Made by a program: the position numbers and the translations under genes
Assembly: GCA_902496445.1 (NCBI GenBank)
Contig: CABVAZ010000002.1
Span: 4,925 to 68,924 of the forward strand
DNA length: 64,000 bases
Origin: an uncultured Prevotella sp.
GTDB lineage: Bacteria > Bacteroidota > Bacteroidia > Bacteroidales > Bacteroidaceae
Direction: 5' to 3'
In this document: one piece after another, positions 36,665-47,800 of the stretch
Layout: each line of letters starts with the position of its first letter
Position numbering within the stretch: position 1 is the stretch's first letter
Notes under the pieces: model-generated
What the model was told of the DNA's origin: nothing
The model's input: only the letters and a program-made list of their open reading frames with translations
The model's database searches: none

Positions 36665-38194
36665 ATGAAGGAAAGAGAATTAAAGCGCAAAAGCATACAA
36701 GATGCATTGGATGAACAGAAATCGCAGAAAGAGCGAAACGTCATGGGACAGTTCTCTACGCCCTATCTTCTTGCTCAAGACATTATGCGTTACATGCGTA
36801 ATCTGATAGGCAAAGACGACGTTTCGCTCATTGAGCCTGCAATAGGCATGGGAGTTTTCTATTCAGCCTTCATCGATGCGTTCTCTGCTGGTGGGCGTGC
36901 CCTTGGCTTTGAAATAGATCCTCACTACTTTAAACCTGCCAGTGAGTTTTGGAAAGGAACAAAGTTGGAGATGCGATGCGCTGATTTTCTTGCACAAAAA
37001 GCTGACGAGCAATTCGATATGTTAGTGGCTAATCCTCCATATATCCGCCATCATTATATTGAGACACAAACAAAGAAACGACTTCAACATGAAGTAATGA
37101 GTCAGACAGGCATTAAAATTTCCGGTCTCGCCGGCCTATATTGCTATTTCATGATGCTCTCTGCTCAGTGGTTAAAAGATGGCGGACTCTCTTGTTGGCT
37201 CGTACCCAGTGAATTCATGGACGTTAATTATGGTGTGGCTGTTAAACGTTATCTTTTGCAAAATGTAGAACTTCTTCATATCCATCGGTTTAAGGCTGAT
37301 GACCTGCAATTTGCTGATGCGTTGGTAAGCTCCTGTATTGTCGTTTTCCGAAAGAGTGTTCCTCCGAGTTGTCATGAGGTGAAATTCACCATAGGCGGAA
37401 CTATCAATAACCCTGAGACAATAAGAACAATTAAGGCGAACCAACTTAGGGCTGAAGACAAATGGACCAACTTGTTTAACCATGGACCTATACAAACGGA
37501 AGCGGAAGCTACGCTTGGCGACTTCTTTACGGTGAAACGAGGGGTGGCAACTGGGGATAATGGATTCTTTGTCATTGATAATGAGACCATTGATCGCTAT
37601 GAGATACCTAAGAATTTTCTGCGTCCCATACTGCCTAGTCCGCGTTATATCAAAGGCGACCACATAGAAAGCCGCAACGGCTTGCCCGTCGTAGACCAAC
37701 AGTTGTTTCTCTTCTGTTGTAATTTACCGGAAGAACGCATGAAGAAACTTTATCCGAAAGTATGGGAATATGTTATGTGTGGCTATGAGCGCGGCGTACA
37801 AAGAGGCTATATCTGTAGTAGACGTAACCCATGGTATTCTTGCGAAGAGCGTGAACCTGCGCCTTTCGTCGTGCCATATATGGGACGGGAGGAAGCAAGC
37901 AATCGGCTTTTCCGTTTTATACTGAATGACTCAAATGCCATAACTACTAACGTTTATTTGCTGCTTTATCCCAAAGCGCAATACGCTCAATGCTTGAAAG
38001 ACAAGGCTATACTGACTGAAGTGTGGCATGTGTTGAACACTATTCCCACTGAAACACTTTCAAGTAACGGCCGGTTTTATGGTGGAGGACTGCGCAAAAT
38101 GGAGCCTAAAGAACTCATGCAAACCCCAGCTACAGGCATCGCTTCGTTGCTAACGCATCGTGCATCATTTAAGCAGCTCACGTTTTTTGAATAG
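36665..38194 (+). CDS. N6-adenine DNA methyltransferase (gamma-class, Eco57I-like) of a type II restriction-modification system
   Basis: Motif I (LIEPAIGMGVF) and motif IV (VANPPYIRHH) are present. 509 aa. Translationally coupled to the endonuclease. Confidence 0.8.
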   Translation: MKERELKRKSIQDALDEQKSQKERNVMGQFSTPYLLAQDIMRYMRNLIGKDDVSLIEPAIGMGVFYSAFIDAFSAGGRALGFEIDPHYFKPASEFWKGTKLEMRCADFLAQKADEQFDMLVANPPYIRHHYIETQTKKRLQHEVMSQTGIKISGLAGLYCYFMMLSAQWLKDGGLSCWLVPSEFMDVNYGVAVKRYLLQNVELLHIHRFKADDLQFADALVSSCIVVFRKSVPPSCHEVKFTIGGTINNPETIRTIKANQLRAEDKWTNLFNHGPIQTEAEATLGDFFTVKRGVATGDNGFFVIDNETIDRYEIPKNFLRPILPSPRYIKGDHIESRNGLPVVDQQLFLFCCNLPEERMKKLYPKVWEYVMCGYERGVQRGYICSRRNPWYSCEEREPAPFVVPYMGREEASNRLFRFILNDSNAITTNVYLLLYPKAQYAQCLKDKAILTEVWHVLNTIPTETLSSNGRFYGGGLRKMEPKELMQTPATGIASLLTHRASFKQLTFFE

Positions 38195-38685
38195 AAAGAC
38201 AGGCTCTTATTGCTTTAGATGGTAAACGGTTACTACTAACTTGGATTGTTTTATGGGATGGGAACGACGGTCTCTTCTATACCTTTCTGCTATGTCTAGG
38301 CTTTGTTAATGTGCCCCTAAGTTGGTTTGGCAGAAGAGTCTTGCTCAATGGTGGGCTTAGGGGGGCTTTTTGGGGAGACGTTTCGCTCACAACATCTTCA
38401 CTGAGGTGTAGGCTTGGCAATATGCCAGAATGAATATAGTATCAGGCTTGGGTGAGCTTCTAAATGCAAAGTGCCTTATAATATAATAAGGTGTAAGGGT
38501 AAATAGGGATGAAGCAGGGCTGATAGTCATGCTAATGAATATCTATGAAGACCCCCATATTCTGTTAAAAATTTGTTATTATGCTACGCAACAGCTTTTA
38601 ATGATGATTTTTTTATGTTTAAATTTGGATATTATGACGTTTTGTTATATCTTTGCACGAAAATCAAACTAAAAATAATTAAACC

Positions 38686-39174
38686 ATGCCAAAAAAGAGA
38701 TTTTTGTTACCTTTGGCGTTACTCTTGCTTTCGTCTACAGTAAAGGCCGATGACGGTGTACTGCTTCAGCTTGCTGACGGCTCTACCGTAGGCTTCGCGT
38801 TCAGCGAAAAGCCCGTGCTGGTAACCGGCGATTCGTTGCTGATGAAGACGACAAGCCAAGAGATTGCCTATCCTTATTCCGACATCAAGCGTGTGGTCTT
38901 TGGCGAAATGCCGGTGACTCCGGATGCCATAGAACGCGTGAACAGTGAGCCCAGAGCAAGCGTAAGCTTTCGTATCAACAACGGAGAAATAGAGGTGTCG
39001 GGCCTGCAGCGCGGCGAGCGTGTGAGCGTTTACGGCATCAACGGAGCCCTGACGGCGTCGGCGGTAGCCTCTTCTGACAATGCTTCAGTAAGCCTACAGT
39101 TGGCCAAAGACGGCAGCAACGTGTACATCGTGCGCACGAGCAGCGGCAAATCATTCAAATTTACAACCAAATAA
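38686..39174 (+). CDS. Small secreted protein with a T9SS C-terminal sorting domain
   Basis: Signal peptide MPKKRFLLPLALLLLSSTVKA. The C-terminus ...SLQLAKDGSNVYIVRTSSGKSFKFTTK is CTD-like. 162 aa. Confidence 0.5.
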   Translation: MPKKRFLLPLALLLLSSTVKADDGVLLQLADGSTVGFAFSEKPVLVTGDSLLMKTTSQEIAYPYSDIKRVVFGEMPVTPDAIERVNSEPRASVSFRINNGEIEVSGLQRGERVSVYGINGALTASAVASSDNASVSLQLAKDGSNVYIVRTSSGKSFKFTTK

Positions 39175-39209
39175 CAACCTACTACAATATTCTATAAACA
39201 ATTCAAGCG

Positions 39210-40031
39210 ATGAAGAAATTATTTACTCTTATATGCGTTTTCATCAGTGTTCTTGCTGCCGGGGCACAGACCTCAGACAGCGTAGCCGTGTGGCAGAACG
39301 GCAAGGCAACCATGTTTGCAAGGGCATCTGTAGACAGTATAACCTTCGTAAAAGGCATTAACCCTCTCGACACCATGTTTGTTGACATGGGGGTAAGCGT
39401 GAAATGGGCCAAAGTGAACATAGGCGCTACCACCGAGACAGAGTTTGGCTCCTTCTTCCAGTGGGGTGACCCGGAGCCTAAGCAGGAGTGTTCGTGGGAT
39501 AATTATAAATGGCATGAGGGGGCTGATGACAGTTATGCGCGTTACACCAAGTATGTTGTAGACGCGCAGTATGGCTGGAACGGCTTTACAGATGGCAAGG
39601 GTGAGCTCGACCCGGAGGATGATGCTGCTGCCGTGGCATGGGGAGACGGATGCCGTATGCCTACTTGGAGCGAGATGCAAGAGCTCATAGAGGGCTGCAC
39701 ATGGACGTGGGATACCATTCATGCCGTGCCCGGCGCAACGGCTACGAGTAAGGTTAATGGCAACAAGATATTCTTTCCGGCTGCAGGATTCCATTATACG
39801 CAGAACACATCTGGATATCCTCACGGCGACGATCCCTACGACTGGTGGCCCGGCGACCGCGTGATTTACTGGACCAAGACCCTTTATAAGGGGTCGGGTG
39901 ATGCCCTTTACTGGGATTTCCGCAATGCTGCCAAACATGCGCAAGATGATCCTTGGAATGTGTATGGCCCATGGAGATATATCAGTTCGATGCGTTATTA
40001 TGGCCATCCGGTTCGTGCCGTCCGTCCTTAG
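39210..40031 (+). CDS. Fibrobacter succinogenes major paralogous (FISUMP) domain protein, a secreted lipoprotein or secreted protein
   Basis: Signal peptide present. The conserved FISUMP core KWAKVNIGA...FGSFFQWG...AAGF..YW is present. Confidence 0.7.
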   Translation: MKKLFTLICVFISVLAAGAQTSDSVAVWQNGKATMFARASVDSITFVKGINPLDTMFVDMGVSVKWAKVNIGATTETEFGSFFQWGDPEPKQECSWDNYKWHEGADDSYARYTKYVVDAQYGWNGFTDGKGELDPEDDAAAVAWGDGCRMPTWSEMQELIEGCTWTWDTIHAVPGATATSKVNGNKIFFPAAGFHYTQNTSGYPHGDDPYDWWPGDRVIYWTKTLYKGSGDALYWDFRNAAKHAQDDPWNVYGPWRYISSMRYYGHPVRAVRP

Positions 40032-40118
40032 CCCTATTCAATAAGTGAATATGTGCCAGATGTTATTTGAAAGCACTGGCACATTTTCTATTTGTAGTAC
40101 ATATAAACAAAACATCTG

Positions 40119-43100
40119 ATGAAAACTTTTCTACTTTCAAATATTGTCGGAGCCATCGCCTTCTTGTCGGTTGCAACAGCCGGCGCACAGACTTTTGCGC
40201 CTCGTGCTCTGCCCTCCCAGCAACCGTTGAACACTGCCCGGCAGCAGAAACTGCTCAACGAATATCGGGTAAGCCATCCGCTGGACCGCGGAAGGATGGT
40301 TGTGCCGCAGCGGCAGAGCAACGCTGTTATGGGCATCAAGCAACACAGCCGGCCTGTAGCCACGCAACTGAAGACGGCTGCGGGCAACACCATCTGGGGC
40401 AATGTGATGTATATGGACGAGTGGTCGGTCATGCAGACGTGGCCATACGGCTATTATGCCTTTCAGCCTGTATCGTCGCCACAGTTCAACCTGCTCTACC
40501 AGCAAGAGCGAGGGTATGCTAACAATGGCGTGGGCTATTATGACGGACATCTCTATCAGTTGTCTATGGACGATAAGTTCAAGTCTGTCAACATCTGTTC
40601 TGAGGTTCTCTACGACTTCGACACATCTACATGGACGCGTAGCAACGACACCATTGCGCGCGATTCATCGCAGTTGCGCTATGAACTGATGGCCCTTGAG
40701 ACTGCGCAGGGCCCTGACGGCACGGTATACGGACAGTTTTATTCGCATGACGGAAAGCGTATGGAGTGGGGCACTATCGATTATCGCACGCTGCAGCGCA
40801 CCACCTTTGGGCAGTGCACTCGCACGTATGTGGCCCTCGGCGTGACCAAGCAGCACGAGCTGTATGGCGTAGCTGATGACGGCAACCTCTATAAAATAAG
40901 TACCACGGACGGTACAGAAACCCTCGTAGGCAATACCGGATTGACCGTAACGGCCAACGGTGGATATTATTATCAGTCGGGAGAGATAGACCCCAAAGAC
41001 AATACTTTCTACTGGGCGGCAGTGCTTCCTGATGGCGAAGGGCTCAAGACCGGCCTCTATACGGTGAACCTTCAAACCGGAACGGCTACGAAAATAGGTG
41101 ATTATACGGGACAGATTCTCGGCATAATCATACCACACGACAATGCTGAAGATGATGCGCCGGAGGCAGTGAGCGACTTGGCGGTGAGCTTCACGGCACC
41201 TAGTCTTTTGGGAACAGTGTCGTTCACCGTCCCCTCACGGACGTTTGCAGGCTCAGCACTCAGCGGAGAGGTGAGCTATGATGTGACGGCCAACGGGCTG
41301 ACTGTGGCCTCGGGAACGGCTCAGGCGGGCGAAAAAGTGAGCAAGGAGGTCACTTTGCCCAAGAGCGGAGAATATTCTTTCGTCGTTACTACATCCACAT
41401 CGGCCGGCTCCTCGCCTAAAGCTTCGGCCTTGCAACTTGTGGGTTACGATATTCCTGACGTGCCGGCGAACGTCAGTGCCACGCATACGGGCAATGAGGC
41501 TACCATCAGTTGGAAGGCTCCCACAAAGGGATTGAACAATGGCTATATGGGCGAGCTGACCTATGACGTTGTTCGTGTGAACGGAACAAAGCAATCGTCG
41601 ACAACCGTAGCTGCCGCAACAACAGCTACATCTGTGACCGACCAACTGCCGGAAGATGCTGATATGGGATATTATTACTATACCGTCACGGCTCATAATG
41701 GCGACCAGGTGAGTGCTACTGTAACGTCTAACGGCTTTACATTCGGCTCGGCTATCACACCGGATTGGCATACGGAGTTCGGCACACAGGCCGACTTCGG
41801 GCTCTTCACCGTGGTGGATGCCAACAAAGATAAGAGAACTTGGCGCTATGACGAGGCTGATAAGGCTGCCATGTCAAACTATAGCTCGTCTAACGGTAAT
41901 GACGACTGGCTCTTCACACCCGGCTTCCGCCTCAGTCCTGACTACACCTATAAGTTTATATATAAGGTGCGCAATGTGTATGAGGGCTATCCTAACAGTC
42001 TTGAAGTGAGATGGGGAACCGATACCACAGCGGCTGCCATGACGTCTACGCTGCTTGCCACCACTACGCCAACGGCACAATGGAAGGTTTATGAGCATGA
42101 GGTTACGCCGTCGGTAAGTGGCATTTATTACTTCGGTTTCCACGATAATACGGCTCAACGCGACCAGTATGCCTTACAGCTGGACAGTGTGGCCATCGTA
42201 AAGAGCGCGGCCCTGACGGCTCCAGACTCGGTAACTATGCTGAGCATTGTACCCGGTGAGAATGGAGCAAGCACGGCCAAGGTGACCTTTAAGTTGCCTG
42301 TCAAGAACATAAATGGCAGCAAGCCGAGCAAGACAAAGAGCATAACAAAGATTGTAGTGAAGCGTGACGGAGAGATATTCAAGAGTTATCCCAAGGCCGG
42401 AGCAACAACTACATATAGTTATGGAGCAAAGTTTGATGCCGGAACAGATAAGAATATTCCTTCAGGATGGCATACCTACACCGTTGTATGCTCAAATGCT
42501 GAGGGCGAAGGGCGTGAAGCTTCCAAGCGGGTATATATAGGCTTGGATGCGCCCAAGGCTCCGACAGGTCTCAAACTGCATGACGACTCTACGCATATCA
42601 CGGCTACATGGGATGCGTTTACCGGCAAGGGAGCCAATGGCGCTTACCTCGAACCGACTGATATTGCCGTTAGTTTCTTCAATCACTACGAGAATTACTA
42701 TGGCCAGCAGGTCGTTGGCGACTCGCTAACGTCTAGCGCTAAAGGCGCGACATCGCTCGTCCTGCCTCAGAATCCTGAGACATCCATCAACCGAGGGGCG
42801 CAAGGACTCTATTATTTAGCAGCCCGTGCCGATGGAAGTATGGGCAAGAGCTCGTTTGTTTTCACCCCTTCGGTGGTAGTAGGACCTACCATTGGTCTTC
42901 CGTTTAGCGAGAGTTTTCATGCCGGAAGTGTTGACAATCATTTCATTTGGGTAGAAGGTAACGAGCAATACAATCACCGCTCTAACTCAGCTGCATGGTA
43001 TCTGGAGGAGAATGGAGATGCCGATGGAACGGGAGGTGCTTTGTTCTGGAAACCGTATTCCGAGACACAGAACTATGTAACAACTGATTATACTGTAGAG

Positions 43101-44771
43101 GCTGGCGATGAGGCCTCGCTGAATATGCCGAAGGTGAGCCTGAAGGGCGCGCAAAATCCGATGCTGCTCTTCCAGCTTTATGCCACAAAGAATGATCCTG
43201 GCAAGCTGAAGGTGATGGTTCAGACGCCTGACGGCATAGACCACGACGGCAAGATCATAGACCTTAAGCAGACAGCTCAGGCCGAATGGAGCCGTCAGAG
43301 CTTCAGTCTGAAGGATTATGCCGGCCAACGTTATGTCATTGTGAAGTTCCGTGGCATCAGCGAAGGCGACAGTACAACAGTGGGTATCGACAATATCAGC
43401 ATCTACAACCAGCCCCATTATAACCTTGCAGCCACATCCCTGTCGGCTCCTGTTAGTGTTACGGCGGGAGCGGAAGCAACGTTCGGCGTGGGCATACGCA
43501 ACACTGGAGTGAACGCCATGTCCGACTATAGGGTACTGCTCTTTGCCAATGGTGCACCGGTAGACACGGTTACAGTGAACGAACCACTGGCTTCACTGGC
43601 CGATACGTGCATCAATATGAGGTATATTGTCCCTGTAAAAGTCGCAGACTCTCTGAAGGTTTATGCCACGATAGATAATAGTAAGGACCTTGACGCTACT
43701 GACAATACCACGCAAGAAGCCGATGTCATCGTGATGAAGTCGGGCTATGCAGCAGTCAGTGATCTTGCTGCTGCTAAGGACAAAGGTGCTTCTGTGAGCC
43801 TTACTTGGAGCAATCCGGTTATTCCGGAGCCCCAGCAGGTCACTGAGGATTTTGAGAGTTATGCTCCCTTCTCGCTCTCTTTGGGCGACTGGACGATGAT
43901 AGATGGTGACAAGGGACGTGTCGCGCCCATCTTCAACTCCAACCCCATACCAGTCTATGGAAAGGAGTTCGCATTCACGGCATTTAATCCTAATGCCATT
44001 GCAAGCGATATCAATGTGCTGCAGATAGCGCCCGGGCTCACTCCTCACAGTGGCAATCAGTTTGCTGCTGCCGTATATAGCTATCGCGACGGTGAGGTGG
44101 TGGATGCTGATAACTGGCTCATCTCACCCATACTGTCGGGAAATAGCCAGACAGTGATGTTCTATGTATTCAACATTGCTGTATCTGACGGGGGCACGCC
44201 GACACCTTATACAGAGAAGTTTGATGTGCTTTACTCCACCACCAACACCGATAGTGCAGCCTTTCATAAGCTGGAGAGTGGTGAGGCCGACGGCATAAAC
44301 CTTCGCAATGTGGCCCCTAACTGGAAGAAGGTTACTGTAAATTTGCCCGAAGGAGCCACATATTTTGCCATTCATCATAACACGATGGCCAACAATACTT
44401 ACATCTTTGGTGTGGATGATGTGACCTTTGAAAAGGGTACACTCGGGCAAAACGACTCTATAGTGGGCTTCCGCATCTATCGAGATGGTGAGTATATAGG
44501 CTGTTGCGGTGGTGATACACACGTCTATATAGACCCGAATGGCAGTGAGAAATCTGTTTATACCATAGTGGTTGTATATGAGGACAAAGACGGACATCGC
44601 TATCTGTCAGGCGTGTCTAACGAGGCTTCTGTCTTCGGAGCAACGGCTGTGCAAGCCGTCAATGTCCAAGCAGCTGCCGACGAACATGTATATAATTTAG
44701 CCGGGCAGCGGGTATCACGCAGTTATCGTGGTCCTGTTATCTGCAACGGAAGGAAGTTTATACAGAAATAA
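40119..44771 (+). CDS. Giant T9SS cargo adhesin E (1550 aa) with cleaved-adhesin-like modules, Fn3-like modules and a T9SS CTD
   Basis: Signal peptide MKTFLLSNIVGAIAFLSVATAGAQ. Family motifs DDWLFTPG, DNWLISPILSG, FDVLYSTTN, YFAIHHN and GFRIYRDGEYIG are present. The C-terminus ...DEHVYNLAGQRVSRSYRGPVICNGRKFIQK is a T9SS CTD. Confidence 0.8.
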   Translation: MKTFLLSNIVGAIAFLSVATAGAQTFAPRALPSQQPLNTARQQKLLNEYRVSHPLDRGRMVVPQRQSNAVMGIKQHSRPVATQLKTAAGNTIWGNVMYMDEWSVMQTWPYGYYAFQPVSSPQFNLLYQQERGYANNGVGYYDGHLYQLSMDDKFKSVNICSEVLYDFDTSTWTRSNDTIARDSSQLRYELMALETAQGPDGTVYGQFYSHDGKRMEWGTIDYRTLQRTTFGQCTRTYVALGVTKQHELYGVADDGNLYKISTTDGTETLVGNTGLTVTANGGYYYQSGEIDPKDNTFYWAAVLPDGEGLKTGLYTVNLQTGTATKIGDYTGQILGIIIPHDNAEDDAPEAVSDLAVSFTAPSLLGTVSFTVPSRTFAGSALSGEVSYDVTANGLTVASGTAQAGEKVSKEVTLPKSGEYSFVVTTSTSAGSSPKASALQLVGYDIPDVPANVSATHTGNEATISWKAPTKGLNNGYMGELTYDVVRVNGTKQSSTTVAAATTATSVTDQLPEDADMGYYYYTVTAHNGDQVSATVTSNGFTFGSAITPDWHTEFGTQADFGLFTVVDANKDKRTWRYDEADKAAMSNYSSSNGNDDWLFTPGFRLSPDYTYKFIYKVRNVYEGYPNSLEVRWGTDTTAAAMTSTLLATTTPTAQWKVYEHEVTPSVSGIYYFGFHDNTAQRDQYALQLDSVAIVKSAALTAPDSVTMLSIVPGENGASTAKVTFKLPVKNINGSKPSKTKSITKIVVKRDGEIFKSYPKAGATTTYSYGAKFDAGTDKNIPSGWHTYTVVCSNAEGEGREASKRVYIGLDAPKAPTGLKLHDDSTHITATWDAFTGKGANGAYLEPTDIAVSFFNHYENYYGQQVVGDSLTSSAKGATSLVLPQNPETSINRGAQGLYYLAARADGSMGKSSFVFTPSVVVGPTIGLPFSESFHAGSVDNHFIWVEGNEQYNHRSNSAAWYLEENGDADGTGGALFWKPYSETQNYVTTDYTVEAGDEASLNMPKVSLKGAQNPMLLFQLYATKNDPGKLKVMVQTPDGIDHDGKIIDLKQTAQAEWSRQSFSLKDYAGQRYVIVKFRGISEGDSTTVGIDNISIYNQPHYNLAATSLSAPVSVTAGAEATFGVGIRNTGVNAMSDYRVLLFANGAPVDTVTVNEPLASLADTCINMRYIVPVKVADSLKVYATIDNSKDLDATDNTTQEADVIVMKSGYAAVSDLAAAKDKGASVSLTWSNPVIPEPQQVTEDFESYAPFSLSLGDWTMIDGDKGRVAPIFNSNPIPVYGKEFAFTAFNPNAIASDINVLQIAPGLTPHSGNQFAAAVYSYRDGEVVDADNWLISPILSGNSQTVMFYVFNIAVSDGGTPTPYTEKFDVLYSTTNTDSAAFHKLESGEADGINLRNVAPNWKKVTVNLPEGATYFAIHHNTMANNTYIFGVDDVTFEKGTLGQNDSIVGFRIYRDGEYIGCCGGDTHVYIDPNGSEKSVYTIVVVYEDKDGHRYLSGVSNEASVFGATAVQAVNVQAAADEHVYNLAGQRVSRSYRGPVICNGRKFIQK

Positions 44772-44835
44772 AGAAGAACAAAGAGAAAGAAAAGTAATGA
44801 ACATACTTCATTTTATTAACTCAAACATATAGCTT

Positions 44836-47800
44836 ATGAAGAGGTTAAATTACATTTTAGCTCTCATGTCAGTGCTGTTGAACATCGCCCCGGCGAGTGC
44901 GTACGAGCAGGAGACCATCTCCAACTACACGTACGACTTCAATCTCGGCTTTGGCGATGGGCAGACAACCCTTGAGAGTGGATGGGCGCCACCAGGATGG
45001 AGCCACATCGTTGACACGTATAACGGCAGTTGGCAAACCTATACTGTCGATTATACTTATGCTTCCGCATTGGGTGTAGACAACTCCGGCGCTGTCATGG
45101 TGAGCACACAGAGCCTTGGCAGTTGGTACAGTTCATACGAAGCCAAGGACTTGCTTGTCACGCCATTGGTAAGCGGTACAGTCACATTACAGGTAAAGAA
45201 GAACGACTACGACGGCAGTATTCAGTTCTATAATGTCGATGAGAGTGGCGGCTCTTATGCTGCCGGGACACAGATTACAGACACCACGATGAGTGGCGCA
45301 CTGTCTACGTCAAGCGACACCTTTATTACGGTAACGCTGGATGCCGGCACCACACCCCGCCATATAGGTGTTCGGGCCAGTGGAGTGATTATAGACAATT
45401 TTAAGGCAGCCAGTGCCACGCTGGTGAAGAAGCCGCAGATGAAGATACGCAGTGTGAGTCCTGCTGACGATCAGTCTGTAGATGCCGATGCCAACGGCGA
45501 CTTCACGGTGAGCTATGACGTTGCCATTGCCAACACAGGACTGGTAGATCTCACCGAGGGCTATCCCGGTTATTCGCTCAGCCTTATCCGACCCAACGAC
45601 TCGCTCGTAGCCGAAGTGCCTTTAACCAGAACGCTCAAGCAAGGCGCTACCGATACGGTCAAGGTGAGCAAGACGCTCAATATCTCGCAGTTCCCGGCTG
45701 GTTACAGCTATGAGTTCAGCATTCGCGAGAACATAGACAGCGTGGTGACCAAAGCGGGTAGCGTATATCCTGTGGAGTATAAGCCTCAGTTCAAGTTCAC
45801 AGAGCCTGGCTCATCTGTTTCGCTCAACGACAGTATAAGCCTAAACTTTGGTATGGTGAAGGGCAAGGCAACCAAGAGTTATGTCATTGCCAATGATGGT
45901 GCGAAGGCTCTCGACATCACATCCATCACCGTGCCTGACGGTTACACCGTTCTTCCGGCGGCACCGTTCAGTGTTGAACCTCACCAGCAAGACACGCTTA
46001 CTGTGCAACAGAACGATGATTTCATAGGTGAGAAGAGCGGCATCATCACCCTCAAGATGAAAGATCTGCCCGACTATCACATCCTTGTGAGCGGTAGTTG
46101 TGTAGACTCTACCAAGTGGTTTGTCAACTTCGAGGATAACCAGATACCTAAGAACGTCATTGCAGAGGGCACCAACTGGGCCGTTGCTACCTATCCGCAG
46201 CAGCTTGAGCTTCTTGGCAACCAATACTGTCTGTATCAAGATCAGTATGGCGAACCCTCTGACCACTTCATCTCTCCGAAGCTTCATGTAGCTGCCGGCG
46301 ACGTGTTGCAGTTCATGGCTGCACGTGGCAGCAGTGCCACGACACCTGTGCTCAACGTCTATTACAGCTACGACCGCCACAACTGGACGCTTGTAAAGAC
46401 CATCAATACGAGTGATACGATACCCGAAGCCGACAGATTCTCAAACGAGACATACCGTGGCTCTGGCTATTATGCCAACTACAACTTCAAGACTTTCACC
46501 CTCAGCAATATCCCTGTGGGCGATGTCTATGTGGCTTTTGCCGGAACCTACTTCTATCTCGACAATCTCTATGGATTCACTCCGGTAGCTGTGAGCCACG
46601 ACATCATGATGTCACAGTTTAAGGTTCCTGAAACCATCAGCGTCAACAAAGCAGCCGAATTCTCTGCTTCTGCCCATAATGCTACAGTAAATAACGTTGA
46701 TGCAGGCTCATATACGGTACAGCTCGTTATAGGTGATGAGCACTATGACGCTGAGGCTTCGAAGATAAGTGCCGGCGGAGATGCTTCTTACACCGTGAGT
46801 GCTACTCCGCACAAGGCTGGTACCTTCCCGGCTTACTTCGTGTACAAGACGGCCGACGGCTATGTTTCTACCACCGACACTGTGAGTGTTACGATAGCTC
46901 CTGAGACAACATTAGGCTCTCATCAGGTAGGAACGCCCTCGTCATCATCTGCTTCAATGAGGGGTCTTCTGAATATGTATGACAAGAAGAGCCAGGTTGT
47001 TGCCGTGTATAAGGCATCAGACATCAACCTTCCTGCCGGTACAATCATCCACGGCATCTCACTCCGCGGCTACAATCCCAAGCCCATCGACAGTGATGTG
47101 CAGCTCTATTTCCGCAGTACAGACAAGACTTCTATGGATGCTACTACGGCTGAGGATGAGATAGCCGATACGGCAAGCTTCACCAGAGTATACGCAGGAA
47201 ACTACAGCTTCCCCACTGGCGGACAGAGTGATGGTTCTTCTTATACCCCCACAATAACGAAAGCTGACGACATTTTCCACGTAACATTTGCCACACCGTA
47301 TGTATATGATGGCGGAAACCTGGAGATAGCAGCCAACCATGTGTCTGATTCCTGGAGCAAAATCTTATGGGAGCTAACCAACGTCGAGGGTCAGTCTGCC
47401 GGACGAAGCAACGACCGTACGCTGGATTCTTTCGAAGATTGGAACCTGCCCGTTATCTACTTAGACATCGAGCGCGCTCCGTCTGCCGTCAGTGGCACCG
47501 TTACGTCAGCGACAACTTCGCAGCCTGTTCCCGGCGTAAAGGTTAAGTTGGTCAGCGGAAATGTAGAATATGCCGATACAACCGATGCTGCCGGTAAGTA
47601 TAATGTAAAGATATTCCAGAGCAATCTGAAGTATAATCTCACCGCAACAAGGGCCGGATTCACTCCCGTAAGCATCGATACGCTGAGCGCTGCCAAGGAC
47701 ACCACCGTCAACATCAGCCTGCCTGATGCCAGCGGATTCTATCTCTTGAGCAAGAACATCCCGGCAAACGGCGAGGTGAACAGTGCATTCAAGGCTACGG

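Noticed and set aside
38195-38685. 490-bp intergenic region after the methyltransferase gene, considered as a possible small gene or mobile-element remnant
   Set aside because: There is no ORF of at least 60 aa and no inverted or direct repeats that I could find. Only weak promoter-like TAnnTTTG or TTTG motifs with wrong spacing lie ahead of the small T9SS protein gene.
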